Positions 45,280 through 57,227 of a DNA stretch of 64,000 nt are shown here, in pieces (the stretch's first letter is position 1; each line of letters begins with the position of its first letter). The notes beneath the pieces are model-generated. The model was not told the DNA's origin. It made no database searches and saw only the letters and a list, made by a program, of their open reading frames with translations. The stretch is from a phage: sequence record PZ386974.1, one strand, 5' to 3'. The translations under genes and the position numbers were made by a program.

Positions 45280-45855
45280 TTGTTATTTACATTCTTCGAC
45301 CCAATAGGATATAGTGCTAAAACAGTTAATAAGAACGCACCTACTATTCCTATGACAGATATATTTCGTAACTATAAAGAGTACTTTAAGCGTGTGGCCG
45401 CCAATTATAGATTACGTTCTTATTACATTAAAGGCTCTCCACGCCCTGAAGAACTAGCGAATATCATTTATGGCAACCCGCAATTATACTGGGTTCTTTT
45501 GATGTGTAATGATAACTATGATCCGTATTATGGTTGGATTACATCTCAGGAAGCAGCGTATCAAGCTTCTATTCAGAAATATGCAAATGCCGGCGGCGAC
45601 CAAATTCTTTATCATATTAACGAGAACCGTGAGAAATTTTACAATTTGGTTTCATATCCGGACGAGCCTTTAGTGTGGTACGATAAAGGTGATGAAGCTC
45701 GTAAGTATCCGCAATATAAAGGACCTTTAGCTGCAGTAGATACTTATGAAGCGGCAGTATTAGATAATGAAAAACTTCGTAAAATAAAAATTGTTGCAAA
45801 AGAAGATATAAACTCGTTTATTACTGATTTGATTCGTGAGATGGAGATTGCATAA
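45280..45855 (+). CDS. 53: Baseplate wedge protein gp53
   Basis: 191 aa MLFTFFDPIGYSAKTVNKNAPTIPMTDIFRNYKEYFKR... matches T4 gp53 as recalled; initiates at TTG with a GGAAGGAGA Shine-Dalgarno. Confidence 0.92.
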   Translation: MLFTFFDPIGYSAKTVNKNAPTIPMTDIFRNYKEYFKRVAANYRLRSYYIKGSPRPEELANIIYGNPQLYWVLLMCNDNYDPYYGWITSQEAAYQASIQKYANAGGDQILYHINENREKFYNLVSYPDEPLVWYDKGDEARKYPQYKGPLAAVDTYEAAVLDNEKLRKIKIVAKEDINSFITDLIREMEIA

Positions 45856-47588
45856 TGGAAATGATTAGCAGTAGCCTTAATTGGTTCGTGGGTGTTGTCG
45901 AAGACAGAATGGACCCATTAAAACAAGGGCGAGTTCGAGTTCGAGTCGTTGGTCTTCATCCAGCACAGAGAGCACAAGGTGATGTACAAGGTATTCCTAC
46001 AGAAAAACTTCCATGGATGACTGTTATTCAACCTATTACGTCTGCATCAATGTCAGGTATTGGCGGTTCTGTTACAGGTCCTGTTGAAGGAACTCGAGTA
46101 TATGGTCATTTCTTAGACAAATGGAAAACAAACGGGATTGTACTTGGTACATATGGCGGGATTGTACGTGAAAAGCCTAATAGACTTGAAGGTTTTTCAG
46201 ACCCGACAGGCCAGTATCCGCGACGTTTAGGTAATGATACGAACGTATTAAACCAAGGTGGTGAAGCTGGTTATTATTCGAACTCTAACGTAATTCAAGA
46301 TAACAACTTGGATTATGGTATAAACCCAGATGATACAGATTTAGCAAATATTCCAGAAGATGATGACCCTAATTTTACAATAACAGAAATGTTACGTCGT
46401 GACGAAGGTCTTCGTGATAAAGTGTATTGGGACCATCTCGGATATCCTACCGTAGGTATTGGACACCTTATCATAATGGAAAAGACCCGAGATATGTCTC
46501 GAATTAATAAATTGTTATCTGATCAAGTAGGGCGTGAAGTAACAGGAAATCCGGGAACTATTACATTAGAAGAAGCAACAGCGTTATTTGAGAAGGACCT
46601 TGCTAAGATGCAGAAAGACATTCGTTCTAATTCTAAAGTAGGTCCTGTTTATGCTAAAATGAACAGATCTCGCCAAATGGCATTAGAAAACATGTGCTTC
46701 CAAATGGGCGTTGGTGGTGTAGCAAAATTCAATACTATGCTTAAAGCAATGGCCGAAGGTGATTGGAAAACTGCATACAAATCTGGGCGCGATTCATTAT
46801 GGTTCCAACAGACTAAAGGACGCGCTTCACGTGTAACAACAATTATTTTAACCGGTAACATGGAATCATACGGTGTTCCTGTTAAAACACCGCCTTCACC
46901 AGGAGTTGGTGCCGATTTAGTTACTAGAAATACCGATTCAGAAGACCCGGCTGGTCCTCCTGTTCCATTAGATTCACGCATCCTTTTTAAAGAACCAGAA
47001 TCAAGTTATCGTGGTGAGTATCCATATGTTCATGCTATGGAAACAGAAAGCGGTCATATCCAAGAATTTGACGATACTCCAGGTAATGAACGTTATCGCT
47101 TAGTTCATCCAACAGGGTCATATGAGGAAGTTTCTCCGTCTGGGCGACGTACTCGTAAAACTGTAGAAGACCTTTTTGACATCACTAATGGTGATGGGAA
47201 CTTCTTGATTTCTGGCGATAAGCTTGTTAACGTTGGTGCTAATGAAATATATTATAACATGGCAGACCGCCTCCATCAAATAGACGGCAATGACACAATC
47301 TTTATTCGTGGTAACCAATCTAAAACTGTTGAAGGCGATGGAACTCTTTACGTTAAGGGTAATATCAAAATAGTTGTTGACGGAAATGCAGATATTCTTG
47401 TTAAAGGTGATGCTAAAACTCAGGTCGAAGGGAATCATGATTACACCGTTAACGGAAACGTTAAATGGACCGTTAATGGTAATGTTGATATGACTGTTGC
47501 CGGGGATTGGGCAGAAACAATGTCTACAATGAGCTCAGTAGCTTCAGGACAATACACTGTTGACGGATCTCGTATTGATATTGGGTAA
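45855..47588 (+). CDS. 5: Baseplate hub and tail lysozyme gp5
   Basis: 577 aa; MEMISSSLNWFVGVVEDRMD... OB-fold N-terminus, central lysozyme domain (...DEGLRDKVYWDHLGYPTVGIGHL...), C-terminal beta-helix VxG repeats. Confidence 0.95.
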   Translation: MEMISSSLNWFVGVVEDRMDPLKQGRVRVRVVGLHPAQRAQGDVQGIPTEKLPWMTVIQPITSASMSGIGGSVTGPVEGTRVYGHFLDKWKTNGIVLGTYGGIVREKPNRLEGFSDPTGQYPRRLGNDTNVLNQGGEAGYYSNSNVIQDNNLDYGINPDDTDLANIPEDDDPNFTITEMLRRDEGLRDKVYWDHLGYPTVGIGHLIIMEKTRDMSRINKLLSDQVGREVTGNPGTITLEEATALFEKDLAKMQKDIRSNSKVGPVYAKMNRSRQMALENMCFQMGVGGVAKFNTMLKAMAEGDWKTAYKSGRDSLWFQQTKGRASRVTTIILTGNMESYGVPVKTPPSPGVGADLVTRNTDSEDPAGPPVPLDSRILFKEPESSYRGEYPYVHAMETESGHIQEFDDTPGNERYRLVHPTGSYEEVSPSGRRTRKTVEDLFDITNGDGNFLISGDKLVNVGANEIYYNMADRLHQIDGNDTIFIRGNQSKTVEGDGTLYVKGNIKIVVDGNADILVKGDAKTQVEGNHDYTVNGNVKWTVNGNVDMTVAGDWAETMSTMSSVASGQYTVDGSRIDIG

Positions 47589-47591
47589 TAT

Positions 47592-48107
47592 ATGGCACAA
47601 ATACTTCCTTTAAATACCGACTTAGGAGAAGACATGGAAGGGGCGTCTATTGACGTCCTTTTTACTCCACAGTTAGAAACAACCGAAACTTTAGTGTCAA
47701 TAAATATAACAGATTATGAACCGACACAAGGCATTACGGTAGATGGTAATCGTTTATATGGAACATATGAAAGTGTGTTTAGCTTTTCTTCGGATGCATT
47801 GAAATACCGATTAAATGATGATTTTGAAACCGCATCTTCATGGGATGATTTACCAAAAGATGAATCCACACAGTTATATTTGTGGAGAGCTCCTCAGAAT
47901 CTTCGTAAAGTGTTTAGTTATACGGTTGAAATGATTTATAACCACCAAGAAGAAAGTTCATCAGGCGGTTCTAGAAGTGACTCTGGTACAGAACCTCCAC
48001 CGGCTCCAGTACAAAAAACTCTTACTAAGGTTTATACAAAAACTATAGTAGGAAATTGGAGCAAATGGGCTCATCAATTACGAAACTATGTTTATGTGAG
48101 GCCGTGA
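47592..48107 (+). CDS. 5.1: gp5.1-like protein
   Basis: 171 aa ORF between genes 5 and 5.4. Confidence 0.6.
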   Translation: MAQILPLNTDLGEDMEGASIDVLFTPQLETTETLVSINITDYEPTQGITVDGNRLYGTYESVFSFSSDALKYRLNDDFETASSWDDLPKDESTQLYLWRAPQNLRKVFSYTVEMIYNHQEESSSGGSRSDSGTEPPPAPVQKTLTKVYTKTIVGNWSKWAHQLRNYVYVRP

Positions 48108-48109
48108 AA

Positions 48110-48403
48110 ATGTCTGGCTTAAGTTACGACAAGTGCGTTACAGCAGGTCATGAAGCATGGCCTCCTACTGTAATAAATGCTTCCCAATCTAAAGTGTTCA
48201 CAGGCGGTATTCCTGTTCTTGTGGCAGGAGACCAAATAACACCTCATACAGAAATTAAAAAACCATACGAGACTCATGGAGGTGTTACTGAACCTCGTAC
48301 ATCTAAAGTATACGTCACCGGTAAAAAGGCCGTTCAAATGGCTGACCCAATTTCATGCGGGGATACTGTTTCTCAGGCCTCGTCAAAAGTCTTTATAAAA
48401 TAG
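48110..48403 (+). CDS. 5.4: PAAR-repeat spike tip protein gp5.4
   Basis: Track ORF 48056..48403; ATG at 48110 gives 97 aa, the T4 gp5.4 size; position after 5.1. Confidence 0.7.
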   Translation: MSGLSYDKCVTAGHEAWPPTVINASQSKVFTGGIPVLVAGDQITPHTEIKKPYETHGGVTEPRTSKVYVTGKKAVQMADPISCGDTVSQASSKVFIK

Positions 48404-48411
48404 GAATTAAA

Positions 48412-50385
48412 ATGGCAAACACTCCTGTAAATTATCAATTAACCCGAACAGCGAATGCTATTCCCGAGATTTTTATCGGGGGCACATTTGCCGAAATCAA
48501 ACAGAACATTATCGAATGGCTTAATGGGCAGAATGAATTTCTTGATTATGATTTTGAAGGTTCACGCTTAAACGTATTGTGCGACCTTTTAGCATATAAC
48601 ACTCTTTACATCCAACAGTTCAGTAATAGTGCAGTGTATGAAAGTTTTATGCGTACTGCAAACTTGCGTAGTTCTGTTGTACAAGCGGCTCAAGATAACG
48701 GATATCTGCCTTCATCTAAATCAGCAGCACAAACAGAAATTATGCTCACATGTACGGATGCATTAAATAGAAACTATATCACCATTCCACGTGGCACTCG
48801 TTTCTTAGCATACGCTAAAGATACTTCTGTTAACCCATATAACTTTGTTTCTACTGAAGATGTCATTGTAGTTAAAGACAAAAATAACCAATATTTTCCA
48901 CGTCTTCGATTAGCTCAAGGACGTATTGTTCGCACTGAATTAACATTTGATAGATTAAAACCTATCATTATTCGTGATAAGAATATTGACCGTAATTTGG
49001 TTAAGTTGTATGTTGACGGAGCAGAATGGATTAACTGGACTCGTAAGTCGATGGTTCACGCTGGTTCTACGTCAACAATCTATTATATGCGTGAAACAGT
49101 TGATGGGAACACCGAATTTTATTTTGGTGAAGGCGAAATCTCTATTAACACATCAGAAGGTGCGTTAACATCTAACTATATTGGTGGCCTTAAACCTGTT
49201 CAGGGTTCTAAAATCGTAATTGAGTATATTTCTACTAATGGCGCAGATGCTAACGGTGCTGTAGGATTTTCTTATGCTGATACATTAGCTAATATCACGG
49301 TAATCGATATTAACGAGAACCCTAGCAATAACCCAGACTTTGTCGGGGCCGATGGTGGTGGTGACCCTGAAGATATTGAACGTATCCGCGAATTAGGCAC
49401 AATTAAACGCGAAACTCAACAACGTTGTGTAACCGCTTCCGACTATGACACATTCGTCTCTGAGCGGTTTGGTTCTATTATTCAAGCGGTTCAGACGTTC
49501 ACTGATTCTACTAAACCCGGTTATGCATTTATTGCTGCTAAGCCTAAATCTGGATTGTATTTGACTTCTGTCCAACGCGATGATATCAAAAACTATTTAA
49601 ATGATTATAACTTAGGGACTATTACACCTGTTGTTATTTCGCCTGATTATTTGTTTATCAAAATGAATATCAAGGTTACATACGCGTTGAATAAACTCCA
49701 AGAATCAGAACAATATCTTGAAGGGCAGATTATTAATAAAATAGACCGATATTATATCGAAGATGTAGAAATTTTTAACTCATCGTTTGCAAAATCTAAA
49801 ATGCTAACTTATGTCGATGATGCAGATATTTCTATTATTGGTTCTTCAGCTACTATTCAAATGGTTCGCGAAGTACAAAACTTCTATAAAACGCCTGAGG
49901 CCGGTATTAAATACAATAATCAGATTAAAGATAGATCGATGGAATCTAATATATTCTCGTTTGATTCGCACAGACCTAATCCAGAAAATGCAAACGAAAC
50001 TATTAAATACGGTGTTCGCATAGTATCTTCTGACCGTAATGACCGTGGCATAGGTCAAGTTATTATTGGTCCATTTGCAGACGGTGATGTTGTTGAAAAC
50101 GAAAATATACAACCTTATACAGGTAATGATTTTAATAAACTTACTGTTACTGACGGACGAAACAAATACTATTCAATTGGTGAAGTGAATTATCCTGCCG
50201 ATTCGATTTATTGGAACATTGCTAAAATTGACCTCACTTCAGACCGTTTTGAAGTTCAAACAATTGAACTTTATTCAGACCCTGCAGATGATATTATTTT
50301 TACAAAGGACGGTTCTTTAATCGTATTCGAAAATGACTTACGTCCTCAGTACTTAACTATAGATTTGGAGCCTATTTCACAATGA
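48412..50385 (+). CDS. 6: Baseplate wedge protein gp6
   Basis: Track ORF 48355..50385; ATG at 48412 (MANTPVNYQL...) gives about 657 aa, the T4 gp6 size class. Confidence 0.9.
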   Translation: MANTPVNYQLTRTANAIPEIFIGGTFAEIKQNIIEWLNGQNEFLDYDFEGSRLNVLCDLLAYNTLYIQQFSNSAVYESFMRTANLRSSVVQAAQDNGYLPSSKSAAQTEIMLTCTDALNRNYITIPRGTRFLAYAKDTSVNPYNFVSTEDVIVVKDKNNQYFPRLRLAQGRIVRTELTFDRLKPIIIRDKNIDRNLVKLYVDGAEWINWTRKSMVHAGSTSTIYYMRETVDGNTEFYFGEGEISINTSEGALTSNYIGGLKPVQGSKIVIEYISTNGADANGAVGFSYADTLANITVIDINENPSNNPDFVGADGGGDPEDIERIRELGTIKRETQQRCVTASDYDTFVSERFGSIIQAVQTFTDSTKPGYAFIAAKPKSGLYLTSVQRDDIKNYLNDYNLGTITPVVISPDYLFIKMNIKVTYALNKLQESEQYLEGQIINKIDRYYIEDVEIFNSSFAKSKMLTYVDDADISIIGSSATIQMVREVQNFYKTPEAGIKYNNQIKDRSMESNIFSFDSHRPNPENANETIKYGVRIVSSDRNDRGIGQVIIGPFADGDVVENENIQPYTGNDFNKLTVTDGRNKYYSIGEVNYPADSIYWNIAKIDLTSDRFEVQTIELYSDPADDIIFTKDGSLIVFENDLRPQYLTIDLEPISQ

Positions 50386-53300
50386 CAGTAAAAGCGCCAG
50401 CAGTCACAAGTCTCAGAATATCCAAGTTGTCCGCTAACCAAGTTCAAATACGCTGGGATGACGTTGGTGCTAATTTCTACTATTTCGTAGAAATCGCTGA
50501 GACTAAAACGGCAGACGGGGAAATAATTCCACCTGCCAGCTACAGATGGATAAATTTAGGATATACTCCTAATAGCAACTGGTTCGAAAATAGCTTAGAC
50601 CCATTAACTTCTTATATTATTCGTGTATCAACTGCCGCCGAAGGCTTCGAGAGATCTGATTGGGTATATACTGAAATATTTGAATCATTTCAGACTAACG
50701 CTTATACATTTCAACATATGATTGAAATGCAATTGGCTAACACTTTTATTAGAGAAAAATTTACAAATAACAACATGGCTTATGTCGATTTTAATAACGA
50801 CACTATAATGGCAGCTCTAATGAATGAATCGTTCCAATTTAGCCCTGCTTATGCAGATATTTCATCTATTAAAAATTTCATTATTGGCGAAAATGAGTAT
50901 CATGAAATTCAAGGTTCGATTCAACAGGTGTGTCATGATATAAACCGTGTTTATTTGATGGAATCCGAAGGAATTCTTTATTTGTTTGAACGGTATCAGC
51001 CTGTGGTTAAAGTCTCTAATGATAAGGGACAAACCTGGAAATCGGTTAAATTGTTTAATGACCGTGTAGGGTACCCTGTATCAAGAACAGTGTATTACCA
51101 GACAGATTACACCACGTATGTTCTTGGGTACGATAAATTATTTTACGGCCGTAAATCAACAGACGTTCGTTGGTCTGCTGATGATGTGAGATTTAGTTCT
51201 CAAGATATAACATTTGCTAAAATTGGTGACCAGTTAAATTTAGGATATGATGTAGAAATATTTGGTAACTATGCATCATTACCTGCTAACGTATCACGTA
51301 TTGCAGAAGCTATCGTTTGCAATGACGATTATGTATACGTTGCTGCTCGAGATAAAGTTCGTTTTATTAAAACTAGTAATGCCCCTATTGATTCAGACCC
51401 GTTATCTCCGACATATTCCGAACGTTTGTTTGAACAAGAAACATTTAACATCACAGGTAACCCTAAAGCAGTTTGCTATAAAATGGATTCTGTCGGTGGT
51501 AAAATATTTGCACTGATTATTGGTGAAGTTGTTAATCTTAATGACGACCCGAGGACCACTCCTATTGTCGATTCTGCTGATAAGGGTGTTTACGTTCTAG
51601 ACCATGATGCTGGCACATTTAAACGTGTGTTTGGTAATACTGAAGAAGAACGCCGTCGTATTGAACCTGGGTACACCAGTATGTCTACTGATGGTGTTGA
51701 GTTATCTATTTCATCTAGTAATTTTAAATTTTTAGAATCAGATATTGTTGATGACCCAAAAACACAAATCAAGTACGGTTTAATCGGTGCTGTTAAATAT
51801 GAGTATCCTCGCGAATGGTTGGCTGATAAACATTATCATATGATGGCATTTATTTCAACTGAAGACTCTCAATGGGAATCGTTCACTCCTCAACCGATGG
51901 AATACTATGCTGAGCCATTCTTTAGTTATTCTAGAAAGTCTGGTACTCGTTGTTGGATTAATAACTCAGACAAGGCCGTTGTAATTTATTCTGATTTACT
52001 TTACACTAAGGTTATTGAGAATCATCCACTTAGTTCTTCAGACCGTGAAGTTCATGAATATTGGAAGGACGGTGACTGTACAATAGTGATGCCTAACGTA
52101 GATTTCACCGGATTTAAAAAATATGCATCAGGCATGATTTTCTATAAATCATCAGGTGAGATTATTTCTTATTATGATTTTAGTTATCGTGTTAGAGATA
52201 ATGTTTCTATAATTTGGAAGCCTACTAATATATTCTTAACAGCATCGTTACAAAACCAAGAAAAAGATACCACATGGACTCCTGTAGAAGAGAATGGTAT
52301 TGCAGACCCAGATTTACGACCATTGCTCACTACAATGATGCCGGAGTCTTATCTTTTAGATAATTCAAACTTCGAAGCATTCTGTGAGGCTTATATTCAG
52401 TATCTTTCTGACGGCTATGGGACCCATTATAACAACCTTTTAAATCTTATTAAAAATCAATACCCGCGCGAAGAACATGCGTGGGAATATTTGTGGTCTG
52501 AGATTTATAAACGAAACATTTACTTAAACGCCGAAAAACGCGATTTAGTGTCTCGTTTCTTTGAATCAAGAAGTTATGACTTCTATTCAACTAAAGGAAC
52601 TGAAGCATCATATAAATTCTTGTTTAAAGTGCTTTATAACGAAGATGTTGAAATTGAAATTGAATCTAGTTCCGGGACCGAATATGATATCATCATTGAA
52701 TCTGATTCGTTGACAGAAGATTTGGTCGGACAAACCATATACACCGCGACAGGACGTTGTAATGTGACGTATATCGAGAGAAGTTACTCTAAAGGTAAAT
52801 TACAATGGACTGTAACAATTCACAACCTCTTAGGACGTTTAATCCAAGGACAGGAAGTTAAAGCTGAAAGACTCCCTGGTTTTGAAGGTGAAATTGTTCG
52901 TGGTATTAAAGGTAAAGAGCTTTCTCAGAACAACATCGATTACATAAATCGTGGTAGAGCATACTACGTAATGAAGATTAAATCTAAACTTCCATCATCT
53001 CGTTGGAAATCAGACGTATTACGTTTTGTTCATCCGGTTGGATTTGGATTTATCGCAATTACCCTTCTCACAATGTTTATTAACACCGGATTAACACTTA
53101 AACATGTTGAAACCGTTATTAATAAATACAAAAACTATAAGTGGGATTCTGGATTACCGACTAAATATGCAGACCGAGTGGCTAAATTAGACCCACAAGG
53201 AAATGTTGAGTTTGACCCTATTACAGGTAAAGCGATATATGAAATAGGCCCTATGGCTGGTCAAGATTATCCATTACCCGAAGATTATAACGCTGAAAAC

Positions 53301-53480
53301 AATAACTCCATATTTCAAGGTCAACTTCCATCGGAACGACGTAAACTGATGAGCCCATTATTTGATGCGTCCGGAACAACATTCTCTAAATTTAGAGATT
53401 TGGTTGAACAGCGGTTAATCGATAATGTAGGAAATCCAAGAGACCCCGTGAATCCACCACAGGTTAAATTAGATGAATGA
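50382..53480 (+). CDS. 7: Baseplate wedge initiator gp7
   Basis: 1032 aa, identical in length to T4 gp7; synteny. Confidence 0.92.
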   Translation: MTVKAPAVTSLRISKLSANQVQIRWDDVGANFYYFVEIAETKTADGEIIPPASYRWINLGYTPNSNWFENSLDPLTSYIIRVSTAAEGFERSDWVYTEIFESFQTNAYTFQHMIEMQLANTFIREKFTNNNMAYVDFNNDTIMAALMNESFQFSPAYADISSIKNFIIGENEYHEIQGSIQQVCHDINRVYLMESEGILYLFERYQPVVKVSNDKGQTWKSVKLFNDRVGYPVSRTVYYQTDYTTYVLGYDKLFYGRKSTDVRWSADDVRFSSQDITFAKIGDQLNLGYDVEIFGNYASLPANVSRIAEAIVCNDDYVYVAARDKVRFIKTSNAPIDSDPLSPTYSERLFEQETFNITGNPKAVCYKMDSVGGKIFALIIGEVVNLNDDPRTTPIVDSADKGVYVLDHDAGTFKRVFGNTEEERRRIEPGYTSMSTDGVELSISSSNFKFLESDIVDDPKTQIKYGLIGAVKYEYPREWLADKHYHMMAFISTEDSQWESFTPQPMEYYAEPFFSYSRKSGTRCWINNSDKAVVIYSDLLYTKVIENHPLSSSDREVHEYWKDGDCTIVMPNVDFTGFKKYASGMIFYKSSGEIISYYDFSYRVRDNVSIIWKPTNIFLTASLQNQEKDTTWTPVEENGIADPDLRPLLTTMMPESYLLDNSNFEAFCEAYIQYLSDGYGTHYNNLLNLIKNQYPREEHAWEYLWSEIYKRNIYLNAEKRDLVSRFFESRSYDFYSTKGTEASYKFLFKVLYNEDVEIEIESSSGTEYDIIIESDSLTEDLVGQTIYTATGRCNVTYIERSYSKGKLQWTVTIHNLLGRLIQGQEVKAERLPGFEGEIVRGIKGKELSQNNIDYINRGRAYYVMKIKSKLPSSRWKSDVLRFVHPVGFGFIAITLLTMFINTGLTLKHVETVINKYKNYKWDSGLPTKYADRVAKLDPQGNVEFDPITGKAIYEIGPMAGQDYPLPEDYNAENNNSIFQGQLPSERRKLMSPLFDASGTTFSKFRDLVEQRLIDNVGNPRDPVNPPQVKLDE

Positions 53481-54477
53481 TTCAAGTGTTATCTATCGTG
53501 CAATAGTTACATCAAAATTTAGAACAGAGAAAATGCTGAATTTTTATAATTCAGTTGGGGATGGAGATGATAAGAACTCCATTTATATTACGTTTGGACG
53601 TTCAGAGCCTTGGGCGTCAAATGAAAATGAGGTGGGCTTCGCCCCACCTTATCCTACAGATTCTGTTCTTGGTGTTACTGATATGTGGACCCATATGATG
53701 GGTACCGTTAAAGTTTTACCTTCAATGTTAGATTCTGTTATTCCTAGACGTGATTGGGGAGATGTGCGATATCCAGACCCTTACACGTTTAGAATTAACG
53801 ATATAGTCGCATGTAATACTGCTCCGTACAACGCGACAGAAGTTGGAGCCGGTTGGTTAATTTACCGTTGTTTAGACGTCCCTGACGTAGGGCTCTGTTC
53901 AATAGAATCTTTAGATAATAAAGACGAATGTCTTAAATTAGGTGGTAAATGGACTCCGTCTGTTCGTTCTATGTCTCCTCCTGAAGGCAGAGGCGATGCT
54001 AATGGGGTTATCGAAACCGGTGATGGATATATTTGGGAATATCTTTATGAGATTCCTGCCGATGTGTCAATTAACCGTTGCACTAATGAATATCTTGTAG
54101 TTCCATGGCCGGAAGAAATTAAAGAAGACCCCACCCGTTGGGGATATGAAAATAACTTAACTTGGCAACAAGACGACTACGGCTTGATTTATCGTGTTAA
54201 AGCTAATACAATGCGGTTTAAAGCATATTTTGATTCTGTTTATTTCCCTGAGGCAGCTTTGCCAGGTAACAAGGGTTTTAGACAGATATCAATTATCGCA
54301 AACCCATTAGAAGCTAAGAAAAATCCAAATGACCCTAATGTTAAAGCAGAAAAGGATTATTACGACCCTAGAGACCTGCAACGTCATTCTGGTGAAATGA
54401 TTTATATGGAAAACCGACCACCTGTTATTATGGCAATGGACCAAACAGAAGAAATTAACATTTTGTTTATGTTTTAA
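53473..54477 (+). CDS. 8: Baseplate wedge protein gp8
   Basis: 334 aa, the T4 gp8 length; synteny. Confidence 0.92.
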   Translation: MNDSSVIYRAIVTSKFRTEKMLNFYNSVGDGDDKNSIYITFGRSEPWASNENEVGFAPPYPTDSVLGVTDMWTHMMGTVKVLPSMLDSVIPRRDWGDVRYPDPYTFRINDIVACNTAPYNATEVGAGWLIYRCLDVPDVGLCSIESLDNKDECLKLGGKWTPSVRSMSPPEGRGDANGVIETGDGYIWEYLYEIPADVSINRCTNEYLVVPWPEEIKEDPTRWGYENNLTWQQDDYGLIYRVKANTMRFKAYFDSVYFPEAALPGNKGFRQISIIANPLEAKKNPNDPNVKAEKDYYDPRDLQRHSGEMIYMENRPPVIMAMDQTEEINILFMF

Positions 54478-54481
54478 TTAG

Positions 54482-54504
54482 GGAGCCTTCGGGCTCCTAT
54501 TTTT
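54482..54504 (+). terminator. Hairpin GGAGCC-UUCG-GGCUCC plus U-rich tract after gene 8
   Basis: Perfect 6 bp stem with UUCG loop followed by TATTTTTG. Confidence 0.5.
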
Positions 54505-54509
54505 GTATC

Positions 54510-54517
54510 TATAAATA
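54510..54517 (+). promoter_or_regulatory. Late promoter TATAAATA upstream of gene 9
   Basis: Exact octamer about 33 nt upstream of the gene 9 ATG. Confidence 0.55.
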
Positions 54518-54549
54518 GAATATAATATCGGACAACAAAAGGCAGAATT

Positions 54550-55422
54550 ATGGCATTTTTTAAGCAAACTCCTAAACAATTAATCGATACCGGCGAAATT
54601 GGTAATGCCTCAACAGGTGATATCTTATTCGACGGTGGTAATAAAATAAATGACGATATCAACGCTATTTACAATGCATTTGGCGATCAACGTAAAATGG
54701 CCGTAGCAGATGGAACCGGACCTACAGGTCAAACTATTCATGCCACAGGTTATTATCAAAAAGGAAAGGCGGTCGATTATCAAACTCCTATTAAACCAGG
54801 CACTATGCATGATATTGATGCTTCTGATGGTGGTGTGATTGTTATTATTGACCGTCCTGAATTAGGTGACTCTGTAGAATTCATAAACTCTAATGGGTCT
54901 ATTTCTGTTAACAATCCTTTAAGTATCCAAGTAACTGATGGTTCAATTAAAGGTGTTCTTAATAATCTTGTTATTTCCACCCCTTATACCCATGTTGTTC
55001 TTCGTTGTGTTGAAATTAATGGGCCGACTTCAGTATGGAATTATTCTACTGATAGCATGTTTGGGCAGAAAGAATCTCCTGTCGATGGGACTTGGAGTCT
55101 TACAGGAAACACAGTTTCTATTCCTCTGTTTTATCGCACAGATTATAACATGGCTAAATTGCTTGTTACATGTCAATCCGCTGACGGTAGAAAAATAAAA
55201 ACATGTGAAATAAATATTCTAATAGATACAATTAACTCAGAAGTTCTTTCTACCGAATTTGCAGTAATGCGAGTTGGTAATGTAGATGAAACCGACGAGA
55301 TTGCTAATATTAGCTTTAGTATTATTAACAACTTTGCTACTATGACGATTACATCCGATATTATTGGATTACGTTCGGCAGTTAAAATTATCTCAACTCA
55401 GAAAATTGGGGTCGCTCAATAA
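54550..55422 (+). CDS. 9: Baseplate protein gp9 (long tail fiber socket)
   Basis: 290 aa; synteny with T4 gp9. Confidence 0.9.
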   Translation: MAFFKQTPKQLIDTGEIGNASTGDILFDGGNKINDDINAIYNAFGDQRKMAVADGTGPTGQTIHATGYYQKGKAVDYQTPIKPGTMHDIDASDGGVIVIIDRPELGDSVEFINSNGSISVNNPLSIQVTDGSIKGVLNNLVISTPYTHVVLRCVEINGPTSVWNYSTDSMFGQKESPVDGTWSLTGNTVSIPLFYRTDYNMAKLLVTCQSADGRKIKTCEINILIDTINSEVLSTEFAVMRVGNVDETDEIANISFSIINNFATMTITSDIIGLRSAVKIISTQKIGVAQ

Positions 55423-57227
55423 TGAAACAAAATATTAAAATTGGTAACGTCGTTGATGACGGACAAGGCGATTACCTTCGTCGAGGTGGTGAAAAAATAA
55501 ATGAGAACTTTGACGAAATCTATTATGAATTAGGTGATGGTGAAGTTCCTTATGCCGCTGGTGCATGGAAGACTTATGATGCGGCTGATGGTCTTAATCT
55601 TAAGGCTGCTTGGGGTAAATCTTATGCAATTAATACTACTTCTGGACGAGTTTCGGTAAATCTTCCTAAAGGGACGATTGCAGACTATAATAAAGTTATT
55701 CGTGCTCGTGACGTATTTGCAACTTGGAACATTAACCCTGTTACTTTAATTCCAGCAAACGGAGACACTATTAAAGGTTCTTCATCTCCGGTGGAAATTA
55801 ACGTTCAGTTCTCTGATTTAGAATTAGTTTATTGTGCTCCTGGACGTTGGGAATACATCAAGAACAAACAAATTGACAAAATAGTTAGCTCTGACATTAG
55901 TAACGTTGCTCGTAGAGAATATCTGGTTGAAACCCAAGGTCAGACCGATTTCATGGATGTTTTTAACGGGACCTCTTATAATGTTAACAACATTCGCGTA
56001 AAACATCGTGGCAACGAATTGTACTATGGTGATGTATTCAGTGATAATAGTGATTTTGGTTCTCCAGGCGCTAATCCTGGTGAACTGGTTGCACTCGATG
56101 GATTTAATATTAGATTACGCCAACCATGTAATGTTGGCGACACTGTACAAATTGAGACATTCTTAGATGGTGTTTCTCAGTGGCGTAGTTCATATACTCG
56201 TCGCCAAGTTCGCATTTTAGATAGTAAATTGACTGCTAAAAAGTCTATTGATGGAAGTATTTACGTCACTGATTTGAGTACGTTCCGGTCTATTCCATTT
56301 ACAGCATTTGGTATTAATCCTACGGAACCACCTAACCCTAATTCGTTAGAAGTTCGCTTCAATGGTATTCTCCAAGAATTAGCTGGTACTGTTGGAACTC
56401 CTATTTTCCGTTGTGAAGGTGTGGATGCTGATTCTGAAGAGTCATGCGCTAATCTCGGTGGGACGTGGACTCAATCGTATACAGATTATGCGATTGAATA
56501 TACTGATAATATCCCTAGCGCAATTCTGTTTGACCGTCAATTTGAAGACCAAGACATTATTACCATCACATGGTTTAATAACGATTTAGGAACTCTTCTT
56601 GAAATGGAAGAAATCCTTGATGTCGCTGATGAGAAATATGTTTCTCAAGGGTCTAACATTGAAATTACTGGTGACGTTGCATTAACCGATTTCGATAAAA
56701 TTGGATGGCCTAATGTAGAACCTGTTCCTAAGTATGAACGTGAATTCTCGACTATCTCAGCAATATTTGATACAATTTATCCTGTCGGGACTATTTACGA
56801 AAATGCGGTTAACCCTAATAATCCGGCAACTTATTTAGGTTTTGGTTTGTGGAAAATTTGGGGACAAGGCAAAGTATTAGCAGGTTGGAATGACGACGCA
56901 TCCGATCCTAATTTTGCATTAAATAATAATGACCTTGACGTCAATGGTAACCCTACTCATACCGCAGGTGGTACCGTTGGTGTAACAACCATCACATTAG
57001 AAAATGCTGATTTACCAGCTACACAAACCGATGAAAAGGTTCTTATTTCTGATGATAATGGTACAGTAATTATAGGCGGTTGCCAATATGACCCGGATGA
57101 AGAAGGTCCTATTTACACTAAATATCGTGAAGACCATGCAAAGACTAATGGATCTCATGTTCCAGCGCGTTCTATAACTAATATTCAGCCATCTATAACT
57201 GTATACCGTTGGGTAAGGATTGCATAA
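55422..57227 (+). CDS. 10: Baseplate wedge protein gp10
   Basis: 601 aa; synteny with T4 gp10. Confidence 0.9.
   Translation: MKQNIKIGNVVDDGQGDYLRRGGEKINENFDEIYYELGDGEVPYAAGAWKTYDAADGLNLKAAWGKSYAINTTSGRVSVNLPKGTIADYNKVIRARDVFATWNINPVTLIPANGDTIKGSSSPVEINVQFSDLELVYCAPGRWEYIKNKQIDKIVSSDISNVARREYLVETQGQTDFMDVFNGTSYNVNNIRVKHRGNELYYGDVFSDNSDFGSPGANPGELVALDGFNIRLRQPCNVGDTVQIETFLDGVSQWRSSYTRRQVRILDSKLTAKKSIDGSIYVTDLSTFRSIPFTAFGINPTEPPNPNSLEVRFNGILQELAGTVGTPIFRCEGVDADSEESCANLGGTWTQSYTDYAIEYTDNIPSAILFDRQFEDQDIITITWFNNDLGTLLEMEEILDVADEKYVSQGSNIEITGDVALTDFDKIGWPNVEPVPKYEREFSTISAIFDTIYPVGTIYENAVNPNNPATYLGFGLWKIWGQGKVLAGWNDDASDPNFALNNNDLDVNGNPTHTAGGTVGVTTITLENADLPATQTDEKVLISDDNGTVIIGGCQYDPDEEGPIYTKYREDHAKTNGSHVPARSITNIQPSITVYRWVRIA

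Noticed and set aside
46649-47635. Minus-strand ORFs 46649..46981, 47118..47438 and 47441..47635 antisense to gene 5
   Set aside because: Embedded antisense in the conserved gp5 lysozyme and beta-helix regions; no promoter or Shine-Dalgarno support.
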